DNA of 64,000 nucleotides, from the IMG/VR virus record IMGVR_UViG_3300008108_000016, positions 1 through 64,000 of that record, one strand, 5' to 3'. Position 1 is the stretch's first letter. Every line of letters starts with the position of its first letter. The notes beneath the pieces were generated by a model. It searched no databases. It saw only the letters and a list, made by a program, of their open reading frames with translations, and was not told the origin of the DNA. The position numbers and the translations under genes were made by a program. The stretch comes from a virus. Positions 17,611 to 26,687 of the stretch are shown piece by piece.

Positions 17611-19173
17611 TTACAACACCAATGGGGGGTTTACTATTGCAACATCACAACATTCACACCCATTAATTTCCACATTGTTTAAATTTAACGTATAAGAATG
17701 TTTTTCTGACAAACAAGGAGTATCAGGATCAAGTAATGGATTAAGTGTTGTCACATTATTTATTGTACCATTAACAGTTGTTCCTTGTATCATCGTAATA
17801 TTACCCCAAGTTTTTGTTGTTACACTATTAGTTGATGTTGGATTTGGTATTGCAAAATTATTACATCCTTTACCTAACAATGTTTGTATATTTTGTGTTG
17901 ATTGTGATGTTACGGAAATAGGTGATCCATTAACATTCACAACAACATTATCATTATAGGTATATGCGCTGAATACAGGTGAAACCGTAAAATCACTTAC
18001 ATGAACCAAATCAAATGTTACCGAGGATCCAACAGGTAATGAAGGTGTTACCGATACATTAAATGTATTTCCAATATTATTCAAAGTTAATGTTATAACA
18101 TATGTTTGATTTGGTGGTGGAAAATTTAAAGTTGCGGTTTGATTAAAAGTTTGACCCGAAGAATCTATTACTGAAGTTGAATAAATTCCACCACATAGGT
18201 TTTGGAATATTGGTTGATTATTGAAATAATTAACCCCATTTATTGAGTATTGGTATGGAGGTACTCCGTCAATAATATCAAAAACTATACTTCCGTCACA
18301 TCCACAGGTTGGTTGATTAATAGTGAGATTATATCTTAATATATCTTGTGTCCCACAATTACCTTCAGTTAGAGATATTGACTGTATTTGGTATGGTAAA
18401 GTTACACCTATCGTATTCCATCCCGTTAATGGCGGAACCGCAGGATTTAAATTAACCAATGTATATGGTAATCCTGTTATTTCCCACTGATTATTTATGG
18501 AATCCCAACGTATTAATTTAAAAGTATCTGAGGAGATCCAACTAGGTTTTCCACCATAATAACCATTAAATGTAAAATCAATAACTTCCAATAATGAAAC
18601 TTTTCCAAATCTACCTTTAATAACCAAACATAGATCAGGGAATGCCGGTATAGGGGTAGGTGTTGGTGTTGGCGTAACGCTAGGTGTTGGTGTATCTCCC
18701 GTTAAAACACATATTGTGTTTGCAGTAAAATCACCATAATAATCTATAACCGTTGCAGAATATTCTCCAACACCCAAATTTGTTATAGTTTGTGAATGGC
18801 TTCCATTTTCCCAATTTATATAATAAGGTGGTGTTCCTCCTGTGATTAATAAACTTACAGTTCCATCTGTTGATCCTGGATGTGTTGGTTGATCCACAAA
18901 ACATTGGACTCCCATTGGAAATATTGTTAGGACGTTACATTCATTTTGATATTTAAGTGTTTCTCCCGGACAAGTTCCATCAACACATAGTCCTTTTACC
19001 TCAAAATTTATATCAAGACATGATGTAATCGGATTAAAATCTTGACTACAAATATTATATGTAACTCCACTTAAAAATGTTTCAGTTACGGTTCCACCAG
19101 TACAATTGTTGTACGTTAATTCGTACTCACTTAAACTCGCAAAACTAAACTCTAAACAATAACAATTTGACAT
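17611..19173 (-). CDS. SprB-like repeat, Cys-rich virion protein
   Basis: DGTVSL-x-ITGGTPPY...WENG...NLGVGEYS-x-TV-x-D and DGSI...GVPPYQYS...NLCGG-x-Y repeats, with a PT linker. Confidence 0.75.
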   Translation of the reverse strand: MSNCYCLEFSFASLSEYELTYNNCTGGTVTETFLSGVTYNICSQDFNPITSCLDINFEVKGLCVDGTCPGETLKYQNECNVLTIFPMGVQCFVDQPTHPGSTDGTVSLLITGGTPPYYINWENGSHSQTITNLGVGEYSATVIDYYGDFTANTICVLTGDTPTPSVTPTPTPTPIPAFPDLCLVIKGRFGKVSLLEVIDFTFNGYYGGKPSWISSDTFKLIRWDSINNQWEITGLPYTLVNLNPAVPPLTGWNTIGVTLPYQIQSISLTEGNCGTQDILRYNLTINQPTCGCDGSIVFDIIDGVPPYQYSINGVNYFNNQPIFQNLCGGIYSTSVIDSSGQTFNQTATLNFPPPNQTYVITLTLNNIGNTFNVSVTPSLPVGSSVTFDLVHVSDFTVSPVFSAYTYNDNVVVNVNGSPISVTSQSTQNIQTLLGKGCNNFAIPNPTSTNSVTTKTWGNITMIQGTTVNGTINNVTTLNPLLDPDTPCLSEKHSYTLNLNNVEINGCECCDVAIVNPPLVL

Positions 19174-19259
19174 TTAAATGGTGTTTTATAATAAATAATC
19201 AATTAACCTATTTTTGAGGTAATTAATTAAAATAATATTCATAAATCCTTAAAAGTGAA

Positions 19260-20912
19260 TTATGGAACGTAATATATTCTATTAGAGTCAGTTGAGCAAT
19301 AATAAACAGATCCTGATGGTAATCCACCAGCACCATCTTGTAGATCCACAATTGATAAACAATTCATAAATGTTGTATTGTCTCTATCTGTTGTAATACC
19401 ATTACCTACTATGAATGAACAATTATTTGAAATAGTATTTCCTGATCCCCCTAATATTCCAGTATGTACTCCATTTGACGTATTGTACCCACCTCCACCA
19501 ATAAAAGAATAATTACCGTTTGTGAAATTACTAATACCTCCAACAACTGTTGATGCACTTCCACTTGACGTATTACTTTGCCCCCCTAAAATAATTGAGT
19601 ATCTGCTGTTAGATGTATTACACTCACCTCCAACAACAACACTATAACAACAATTAGAAGTATTTTTATATCCACCACCAACAATTGAGCAATCACCTAT
19701 TATCGTGTTAAAAATACCACCCGCAATTGTGGATCCAATAGTTGATCCTGTTGAGGTAATTGTATTACCACTACCACCAGCAATTGTAGATATTGAAGAT
19801 CCTGATGTTAAAATTTTATTTAATCTACCACCCCCAATTGTTGATCCATAACTTGATAAAGTATTTGTAGTTCCGCCACCAATAAACGAAAATTCACCAA
19901 AAGATTCATTTCCAACACCTCCCCCAACGAATGAATAAATTCCATCTGATATGTTTCCATAACCACCAACTACAACTGAGTGCAATTTACTTGATATATT
20001 AGTACTTCCACCAACTACCACCGATAAATTACCATTTGATGTATTAGAATCACCACCACCTATAAAAGAAACACATCCATTAGATGTGTTATTTGTACCA
20101 CCAACTATAGTACTATAATTTACTTGGGGGGATATTGTATTTCCTCCCCCACCACCTATGAATGAACTAACATCCGATCCAATAAAATTACTACCTCCTC
20201 CAACAATAGTATTAGTGCTTTCACCTGTTATAACATTTAAAAATCCTCCTCCGATAAAATTATATGCTGACGGTGTAAATGAGTTACTAAAAACATTAAT
20301 GGTATTTTGTTGTCCTCCACCAATAAAATTTAAACCACTATAATAATATGAAGAATATGATGAGATGGTATTTTGTTGTCCCCCACCAATAAAGTCACCA
20401 CCAATAATAGAATAATACGATGATGTTGTATTTTGAGCCCCTCCCGCTATTGTTGATGTATACCCAAATGAAGTATTACAATATCCACCACTAAGTGTAG
20501 ATAAAACACCTTCAGAAGTATTACAATACCCCCCACTAAGTGTTGAGAAATCTCCATAAGCGGTATTTTTAGTACCACCCCCAACTGTTGATTTTGATCC
20601 ACACGCAAAATTGCTACATCCACCCCCAATTGTGGAATAAGTATTTAAAGCAGTATTACATCTACCTCCACTAACAGTTGAGTAATCACAACAAGCATTA
20701 TTATTATTTGCACATCTTTCTGTGGATCCAACTCCATCGCCCAAAATCATAATTGTTGATCCTGTTATTGTATTCATAACTTGTCCAATTGTGGCTTTAT
20801 ATGAAGATCCTGCAGGATTTTGTGATATGTCTGTTGGGATTACAATATGAACAAGATCGTTAAGTGTAACTCCTGTTACTAATACTCTATCGGTTAATTT
20901 TTGTGTTGGCAT
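19260..20912 (-). CDS. Gly-rich 15-aa repeat beta-solenoid fibre protein
   Basis: About 28 S-x-(I/V)-x-GG-x-x-N repeats. The N-terminus is paralogous to 22158..24122. Confidence 0.75.
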   Translation of the reverse strand: MPTQKLTDRVLVTGVTLNDLVHIVIPTDISQNPAGSSYKATIGQVMNTITGSTIMILGDGVGSTERCANNNNACCDYSTVSGGRCNTALNTYSTIGGGCSNFACGSKSTVGGGTKNTAYGDFSTLSGGYCNTSEGVLSTLSGGYCNTSFGYTSTIAGGAQNTTSSYYSIIGGDFIGGGQQNTISSYSSYYYSGLNFIGGGQQNTINVFSNSFTPSAYNFIGGGFLNVITGESTNTIVGGGSNFIGSDVSSFIGGGGGNTISPQVNYSTIVGGTNNTSNGCVSFIGGGDSNTSNGNLSVVVGGSTNISSKLHSVVVGGYGNISDGIYSFVGGGVGNESFGEFSFIGGGTTNTLSSYGSTIGGGRLNKILTSGSSISTIAGGSGNTITSTGSTIGSTIAGGIFNTIIGDCSIVGGGYKNTSNCCYSVVVGGECNTSNSRYSIILGGQSNTSSGSASTVVGGISNFTNGNYSFIGGGGYNTSNGVHTGILGGSGNTISNNCSFIVGNGITTDRDNTTFMNCLSIVDLQDGAGGLPSGSVYYCSTDSNRIYYVP

Positions 20913-20930
20913 TTTTAAATTTTTTTTTGT

Positions 20931-22151
20931 TTATAAATAATATAATATTTCCGCAGTACCTAAAAATGTTGCACTTGCACTTAATGGTGTTATACACACC
21001 CACATTTCGTCAAGTGTTCCGTCAACATTAGAACCAACTCTAATTTGATTGTCATCCACTCTAATCGTTGTAAGTGCCGATGTCCCTGATTCACCAATTA
21101 AGGATGACATAATGTGACCTGGTGATGTTATTGTTGTTGTCACAGTTCCGTTGTAAACTGAGTATTGGAATGGTGAATTTGGTATGTCTGTCCAACTTGG
21201 TGTTACGGATAATGTGGGGTTAAACTCAATAGTTACTAAGTAATTATCGTTTGAGGTGTTTAAAATACTCAAACTACTGTATTGTGATGTCACTGATTTA
21301 TAACCTTGTTTAAGCCTATAACCAATATATGGATATTTTGTACCTGATGAATTTAAATCTGCCGTTGTTGAGTTTATAACACCTACGGTTGAGTATAGTC
21401 CGTTTAATGCACCTTCAGTCGATACTTGTGAACATATCATATCAAAATAACCTGAACCAACCCCAACCTGTCTTATTTCATACCTGATAGGTTGATTTGG
21501 TGATGACATATAAACATTTGGTTCATTATTTGCACAATTATGTTCAGTGAAATAAATTAATATACCCGATAAATCCAAACCAAATCTCATTCTACCAACA
21601 CCTAACCATTGATAATCAACTGACATTAAATTAGTGTTAGTCCAATTTATCCCTGTTGGGTCAAATTCATTACTGTTCCATGTGGTTGTTGCCGCAGTGT
21701 AAACTGTAGTGCCCGACCTCCATATCTGAAAGCTTATTTGATTTGTAACCCCATTACTTTCCAAAAAGTATCCATCAAAAACAGAATTGTATGGTGACCC
21801 TGTTATTGTTGTAAAAGCCCCAACCCTTTTTATGACATTTGTTTCTAACTGAAAATTTGAGAAACTCGCTTGAAATAATTGACTCTTACCTGGTTGATAA
21901 ATTGGGTGTGTTTTACCTTGTCTAATAACTAAATCATTATTTGCGGATGTTGACATTCTAACTCTTGCGTATTCTTGGTTAAAAATGGATGTTGCAGTTC
22001 CTGCGGTTACCTCATTAATTTGTAATGGATTTTTATCATATACGTGTTTAATATCCACTAAATTTTGAACTGCGGCGGTTCTTAATCTACCAAAAGCATC
22101 AATATTTGGACTATCCGAATAAGCAACTTTATTGTTAAAAATGAACGACAT
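20931..22151 (-). CDS. hypothetical virion protein (beta-rich, DAFGRLR / YQPGKS / YQWLGVG motifs)
   Basis: 406-aa ORF between two fibre genes. Confidence 0.7.
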   Translation of the reverse strand: MSFIFNNKVAYSDSPNIDAFGRLRTAAVQNLVDIKHVYDKNPLQINEVTAGTATSIFNQEYARVRMSTSANNDLVIRQGKTHPIYQPGKSQLFQASFSNFQLETNVIKRVGAFTTITGSPYNSVFDGYFLESNGVTNQISFQIWRSGTTVYTAATTTWNSNEFDPTGINWTNTNLMSVDYQWLGVGRMRFGLDLSGILIYFTEHNCANNEPNVYMSSPNQPIRYEIRQVGVGSGYFDMICSQVSTEGALNGLYSTVGVINSTTADLNSSGTKYPYIGYRLKQGYKSVTSQYSSLSILNTSNDNYLVTIEFNPTLSVTPSWTDIPNSPFQYSVYNGTVTTTITSPGHIMSSLIGESGTSALTTIRVDDNQIRVGSNVDGTLDEMWVCITPLSASATFLGTAEILYYL

Positions 22152-22157
22152 ATTATT

Positions 22158-24122
22158 TTATATTAAATACCAATTTCCGTTTCTTACCATTATTGTAAGA
22201 GACATATAGTTTATATTCATATCAACGTATGAATTATTATCAATTAATCCTGATGCCGGTGTTAATCTTATTCTATAAGAACCTGAAGTACCTGCCTCAT
22301 CCTTTATTATTAATATATATCCATCTTTAGCAACTGTTGATGGTAAAGTTAGATCCACATTTGAACTTCCGCTAACACCCCAATATGTTTTATCCCAACT
22401 AATTGTTTGTGATGTTGTTATTGCGGTTGTTGGATAATATTCAAATACAGCATTTAAAGCTCTTGTTTTAACAACGCCTGTTGATACGTCTCTAACCAAG
22501 AAATTTGTGTTTGTTGGGTCTGAATCTGGAGTATTTTGTAATCCAAGATAATTAGTGTGTAAAGTACATGCCGAAACAGAATATACCCCTTTACCAACGG
22601 CAGCAGAATAATCATGTGTAATGGTATTACCGCTTCCACCAATAATTGTTGACCCACTTGATAAAATAGTATTTAAATAACCCCCACTAATTGTTGAACC
22701 TGTTGATAAAATTGTATTACATTCTCCACCAGAAATTGTTGTGAAATCAGATATTAACACATTAAACCTACCACCACTAATTGTTGAGAAATATCCTGAT
22801 GAGGTATTACATCTACCTCCCCCTATTGTTATACCATTATTTGACCCTATATTTTGAATCCCTCCCCCAATAGTTGACCCATAACCACTTAATGTATTAT
22901 AATTACCTCCCCCTATTGTACCTCCATTATCAATCACTAAATTTAAATAACCACCACCTATTGTGGCTCCAAGACCTATTGCAGAGTTATGATACCCACC
23001 ACTTACGGTGGAAAAAAAACAAATTGATTTATTATTATAACCACCACTAACTGTACTTAGATCACATAAAGTTGTATTAGAATATCCACCACTTACTGTT
23101 GTATAGCAACCCGATGATGTGTTTTTAAGTCCTCCACCAATTACAGAATAATCACCCGTTCCTAAATTTTGTCTACCACCACTAATAACAGAAAATAGAC
23201 CTCCATCAACAGGTATTGGGTCTACAATAAATGACCAATCGGTAGTATTTATAGTTCCACCTGTTGTATTATTTGCAAAACCACCACCAATTGTTATCCC
23301 TGCGGAAGTACATTCATCTATTGGTGAATATGTTATATTCCAATTACCACCACCAATTGACGATAATCTTGATGTTGTTTTGTTTTTACAACCACCAACT
23401 ATTGTTGATAAATATGATGATGTTGTATTTCTAATCCCACCACCAATAAATGAAGATAACCCAGCTGCAGTATTTCCATTACCACCACCAATTGTTGATT
23501 CATAACCCAATGCTTGGTTACCGTTTTGAGGGCAAGATCCCCCTCCACCAGCCACAGTTGATCCATTACCTATTGCAATATTATAATTACCCCCTCCAAT
23601 TGTTGATGAGTATCCTGATGCCGTGTTGAAGTACCCTCCACTTATAGTTGTTCCTCCATAAGCAGATACACTATTAAAAGATCCTCCACCAATTGTTGAT
23701 CCAAAATAACTATCAACAATATTAAAAAACCCACCGTTTATCGTGTTTGCTCCAGTTCCTGAAGCAGTATTATACCCTCCCCCACCTATCACATTATAAC
23801 CATAGTAAGCACTTGCGGTATTTCCTGATCCACCCGCAACAACACTATAATTTCCTATGGATGTGTTATCTAAACCACCACTAACGGTAGAGTAATCACC
23901 AACCGCATCATTATTATTACCACATCTCTCAACGGATCCAACACCAGTACTCAATACCATTACAGATGTTCCACCTGTTAAAGCCGATATAACTTGACCA
24001 AAAGTTGCCTTATAGGATGACCCAGCAGGATTACCTTGGGATAAATCATTAGGATCAACAATATGAAATAAATCTGTTAGATTTACTCCTGTTGCCGGTA
24101 TTTGATCTGTTAAAAATGCCAT
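22158..24122 (-). CDS. Gly-rich 15-aa repeat beta-solenoid fibre protein with distinct C-terminal domain
   Basis: STI-x-GG-x-x-N repeats and a C-terminal LTLP...IIKDE-x-G...NGNWYLI fibre-type domain. Confidence 0.75.
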   Translation of the reverse strand: MAFLTDQIPATGVNLTDLFHIVDPNDLSQGNPAGSSYKATFGQVISALTGGTSVMVLSTGVGSVERCGNNNDAVGDYSTVSGGLDNTSIGNYSVVAGGSGNTASAYYGYNVIGGGGYNTASGTGANTINGGFFNIVDSYFGSTIGGGSFNSVSAYGGTTISGGYFNTASGYSSTIGGGNYNIAIGNGSTVAGGGGSCPQNGNQALGYESTIGGGNGNTAAGLSSFIGGGIRNTTSSYLSTIVGGCKNKTTSRLSSIGGGNWNITYSPIDECTSAGITIGGGFANNTTGGTINTTDWSFIVDPIPVDGGLFSVISGGRQNLGTGDYSVIGGGLKNTSSGCYTTVSGGYSNTTLCDLSTVSGGYNNKSICFFSTVSGGYHNSAIGLGATIGGGYLNLVIDNGGTIGGGNYNTLSGYGSTIGGGIQNIGSNNGITIGGGRCNTSSGYFSTISGGRFNVLISDFTTISGGECNTILSTGSTISGGYLNTILSSGSTIIGGSGNTITHDYSAAVGKGVYSVSACTLHTNYLGLQNTPDSDPTNTNFLVRDVSTGVVKTRALNAVFEYYPTTAITTSQTISWDKTYWGVSGSSNVDLTLPSTVAKDGYILIIKDEAGTSGSYRIRLTPASGLIDNNSYVDMNINYMSLTIMVRNGNWYLI

Positions 24123-24156
24123 TAATCTTTTTTATTTATAAATACAAGTTAGTTTG

Positions 24157-24462
24157 TTATTGGAATTGATAAATATCATAGTTCATAAAATAAAAATAGT
24201 CCCCATCTTGGAATTGTTTTCCTTTTGGTGGTAGGTCAACACAATTTAAAATCATAAATTTCTCACATCCCACACCATCAATAATTTTAACACCAATTGC
24301 TGGTGCCATATCAAATGCCGGTGGTAATACAATAGTTGCTGATGGTGGAATTGCGGTATTTACTGTTGCAACCAATATACAACCATTACCATAAACATTA
24401 CAAACATAAATTTCATATGGTAATGTAATACCCGTAACATTATTTATTACTAATTGACCCAT
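24157..24462 (-). CDS. small Cys-containing virion module with FQD..F.FM C-terminal tag
   Basis: Paralog of 4260..4481. Its C-terminus is shared with 24462..26687. Confidence 0.75.
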   Translation of the reverse strand: MGQLVINNVTGITLPYEIYVCNVYGNGCILVATVNTAIPPSATIVLPPAFDMAPAIGVKIIDGVGCEKFMILNCVDLPPKGKQFQDGDYFYFMNYDIYQFQ

Positions 24463-26687
24463 TATTGGAATACATAATTTATATTATCCATAAATAAAAA
24501 TTCAACATCATCTTGGAATATCTTTGTGTCTCCACCGCAGAATACACAAGAAATGTCATAATTAATTATTAAATTTATAACAACATTCGCATCATCAAGT
24601 TGGTTTATTGTTGTTGGTTGACAAGCTGTTCCTCCAGTTATACATCCACTTTTTATAATGATTTGATTTGTTTCAATATTTGCAACAACACTTGTTATAC
24701 CACTAAAAGAATAAAGTAGATCGGTTATCGCTGTTACCCACTCCTCATCGGTAGGATAATCATTCATTGTTGATGCGGTGTAGAAAATACTTTGTTGATT
24801 CACACCATTAACCGTAACATCAGCAGTAAATGTGGCGGAATTTAATATACAACCCGTATCACCACTTGTTAGATCAAAATATCCTTCATTAAACATTTGT
24901 AAAACACCTCTTCTTCCCGATACCCCAGTATTTCTAAATTTATCCGCACAAACATTATAGATCTCGTATCCTGTAAATAATGTTGTTCCATTCAATGTAG
25001 TTGTTCTTGTAAATGAACATCCATTATTATCAATAACTTGTAATGAATATGTCCCTGCGGTTAATCCTGTTACCGTTGTTCCTGTTTGACCATTAACGTT
25101 CGGAGACCAATTAAGTGTAAATGGTGGAACCCCACTTGTTATTAAAGCTGAAAGTTCTCCGTCATTACCTACCAATGGTTGGACATTGAAAAAGTCAAAA
25201 TAAACTCCGACTGACCCTGTAATATAAACGGTTTCAGTTTGACTACATCCTCCCGCATCTGTTACTATTATATTGTAAAATCCTTGTGATAAATTATTAA
25301 ACGACGATACCGGCCCTGAAGGAAATCCTGTTACTTCATATGTATATGGTAATGTACCCCCCGATGAAGCCAATATATGAATTGATCCATTATTAAGACC
25401 ACAAGTTGTTCCCGTTGTACTAGCAGTAATTGTAAAAAGATTTGTATTACTTACGGTTGTTGTTCCCGTATATATACAAGTACCATTACTAACTTCAACA
25501 GTATAATTTCCTGAAGGTACTGAAGGGAATGTATTACTAACACCTGCAGTATTTATTGATACCGTGTTTCCTGAACTATCAATTAAAACATAAGTAAAAG
25601 TTCCTGATGGTGACCCAGCATTTATTAAAACGTCTATAGATCCATCATTATTATTACAGTTTGAGTTTGTGGTTGTTATTGAGACTACTGAAAACCCATT
25701 TGGCGTTATTAATTCAACACTATCAATATCTGTACAAAGTCCCGCATCGGTAACCATCACAGTTAATATTCCTGATGATAAACCTGTAAATGTAATCGTA
25801 TTTGAAAAAGTTACTTCAACATATCCATTTGAACCTGAAAAATAATATGGTGGAGTACCTCCAACAACCAACACCTCAACCTCACCATCATTGGAAAAAC
25901 AAGAAGGTGATGTGGTTGTAAATGAAACGATATTTGGTGCGGATGCGGTAGTTACAACCGCATTTTGACTTATTGAGCACCCATTGGAATCAGTAACAGT
26001 AACAGTATAAACACCATTTGTTAAACCTGTAATAAATGAAGTTGTTTCTCCTCCAGGTAGCCAAGAATAGGTATATGGAGGATTTCCTGTTTGTCCGGTA
26101 ACATATATTTTACCCGTACCTAATAACGATTCACAATTACTATCATTAATAACATAAGTACCATATGTAAATGTGGTAGATGATTTTACAATACAAGATT
26201 CACTTTTACCTGTACATCCACCACCGTCATCACCAACAACATAGTAAGTTCCGGCAGATAAGAATGGGAATATGTGCGTTGCACCAACATTTGTTGCCGA
26301 ATCAATTAGATTATCATTTATATCATATAAATAAAAATCAGCACCTGATAGATAAACATTTTGTGTTATTGCGGTTATAGATCCATTAGAATCACCACAA
26401 CTTGTATTTTCACTATCTATTGAAACACAAGTTCCTGAAGAAATATAAATAGGATACGTAACCGCACTAAATGAAGCGTCGGTAATTGTAATTGAGTATT
26501 CACCAGCAGGAATACCTGTAACAGAATATAAAGTTGTTGTACCTGAAGTTGGGAAATACCCTGTAGTTGGTGCGGTTTCAAAGACCGAAAATGGTGATGA
26601 TGTTCCTGTTATATCAAAATAAATTGCACCAACCCCAGAATTACTACAGTCTCCCGTTACAGAATAATTATATACTGATATACTCAT
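24462..26687 (-). CDS. SprB-like repeat virion protein
   Basis: About 7 repeats of C-x-x-x-(D/N)G-x-I...GG-x-PPY...(G/N)L-x-x-G-x-Y-x-V-x-V-x-D-x-x-GC. Confidence 0.8.
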   Translation of the reverse strand: MSISVYNYSVTGDCSNSGVGAIYFDITGTSSPFSVFETAPTTGYFPTSGTTTLYSVTGIPAGEYSITITDASFSAVTYPIYISSGTCVSIDSENTSCGDSNGSITAITQNVYLSGADFYLYDINDNLIDSATNVGATHIFPFLSAGTYYVVGDDGGGCTGKSESCIVKSSTTFTYGTYVINDSNCESLLGTGKIYVTGQTGNPPYTYSWLPGGETTSFITGLTNGVYTVTVTDSNGCSISQNAVVTTASAPNIVSFTTTSPSCFSNDGEVEVLVVGGTPPYYFSGSNGYVEVTFSNTITFTGLSSGILTVMVTDAGLCTDIDSVELITPNGFSVVSITTTNSNCNNNDGSIDVLINAGSPSGTFTYVLIDSSGNTVSINTAGVSNTFPSVPSGNYTVEVSNGTCIYTGTTTVSNTNLFTITASTTGTTCGLNNGSIHILASSGGTLPYTYEVTGFPSGPVSSFNNLSQGFYNIIVTDAGGCSQTETVYITGSVGVYFDFFNVQPLVGNDGELSALITSGVPPFTLNWSPNVNGQTGTTVTGLTAGTYSLQVIDNNGCSFTRTTTLNGTTLFTGYEIYNVCADKFRNTGVSGRRGVLQMFNEGYFDLTSGDTGCILNSATFTADVTVNGVNQQSIFYTASTMNDYPTDEEWVTAITDLLYSFSGITSVVANIETNQIIIKSGCITGGTACQPTTINQLDDANVVINLIINYDISCVFCGGDTKIFQDDVEFLFMDNINYVFQ

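Noticed and set aside
19174-19260. tRNA or structured ncRNA in intergenic gaps
   Set aside because: All gaps are short (about 100 bp or less) and very AT-rich, with no cloverleaf or T-loop motif recognised.
19260-24122. Diversity-generating retroelement TR/VR pair
   Set aside because: There is no reverse transcriptase in the window. The similar segments are both coding, and I did not see adenine-specific differences.
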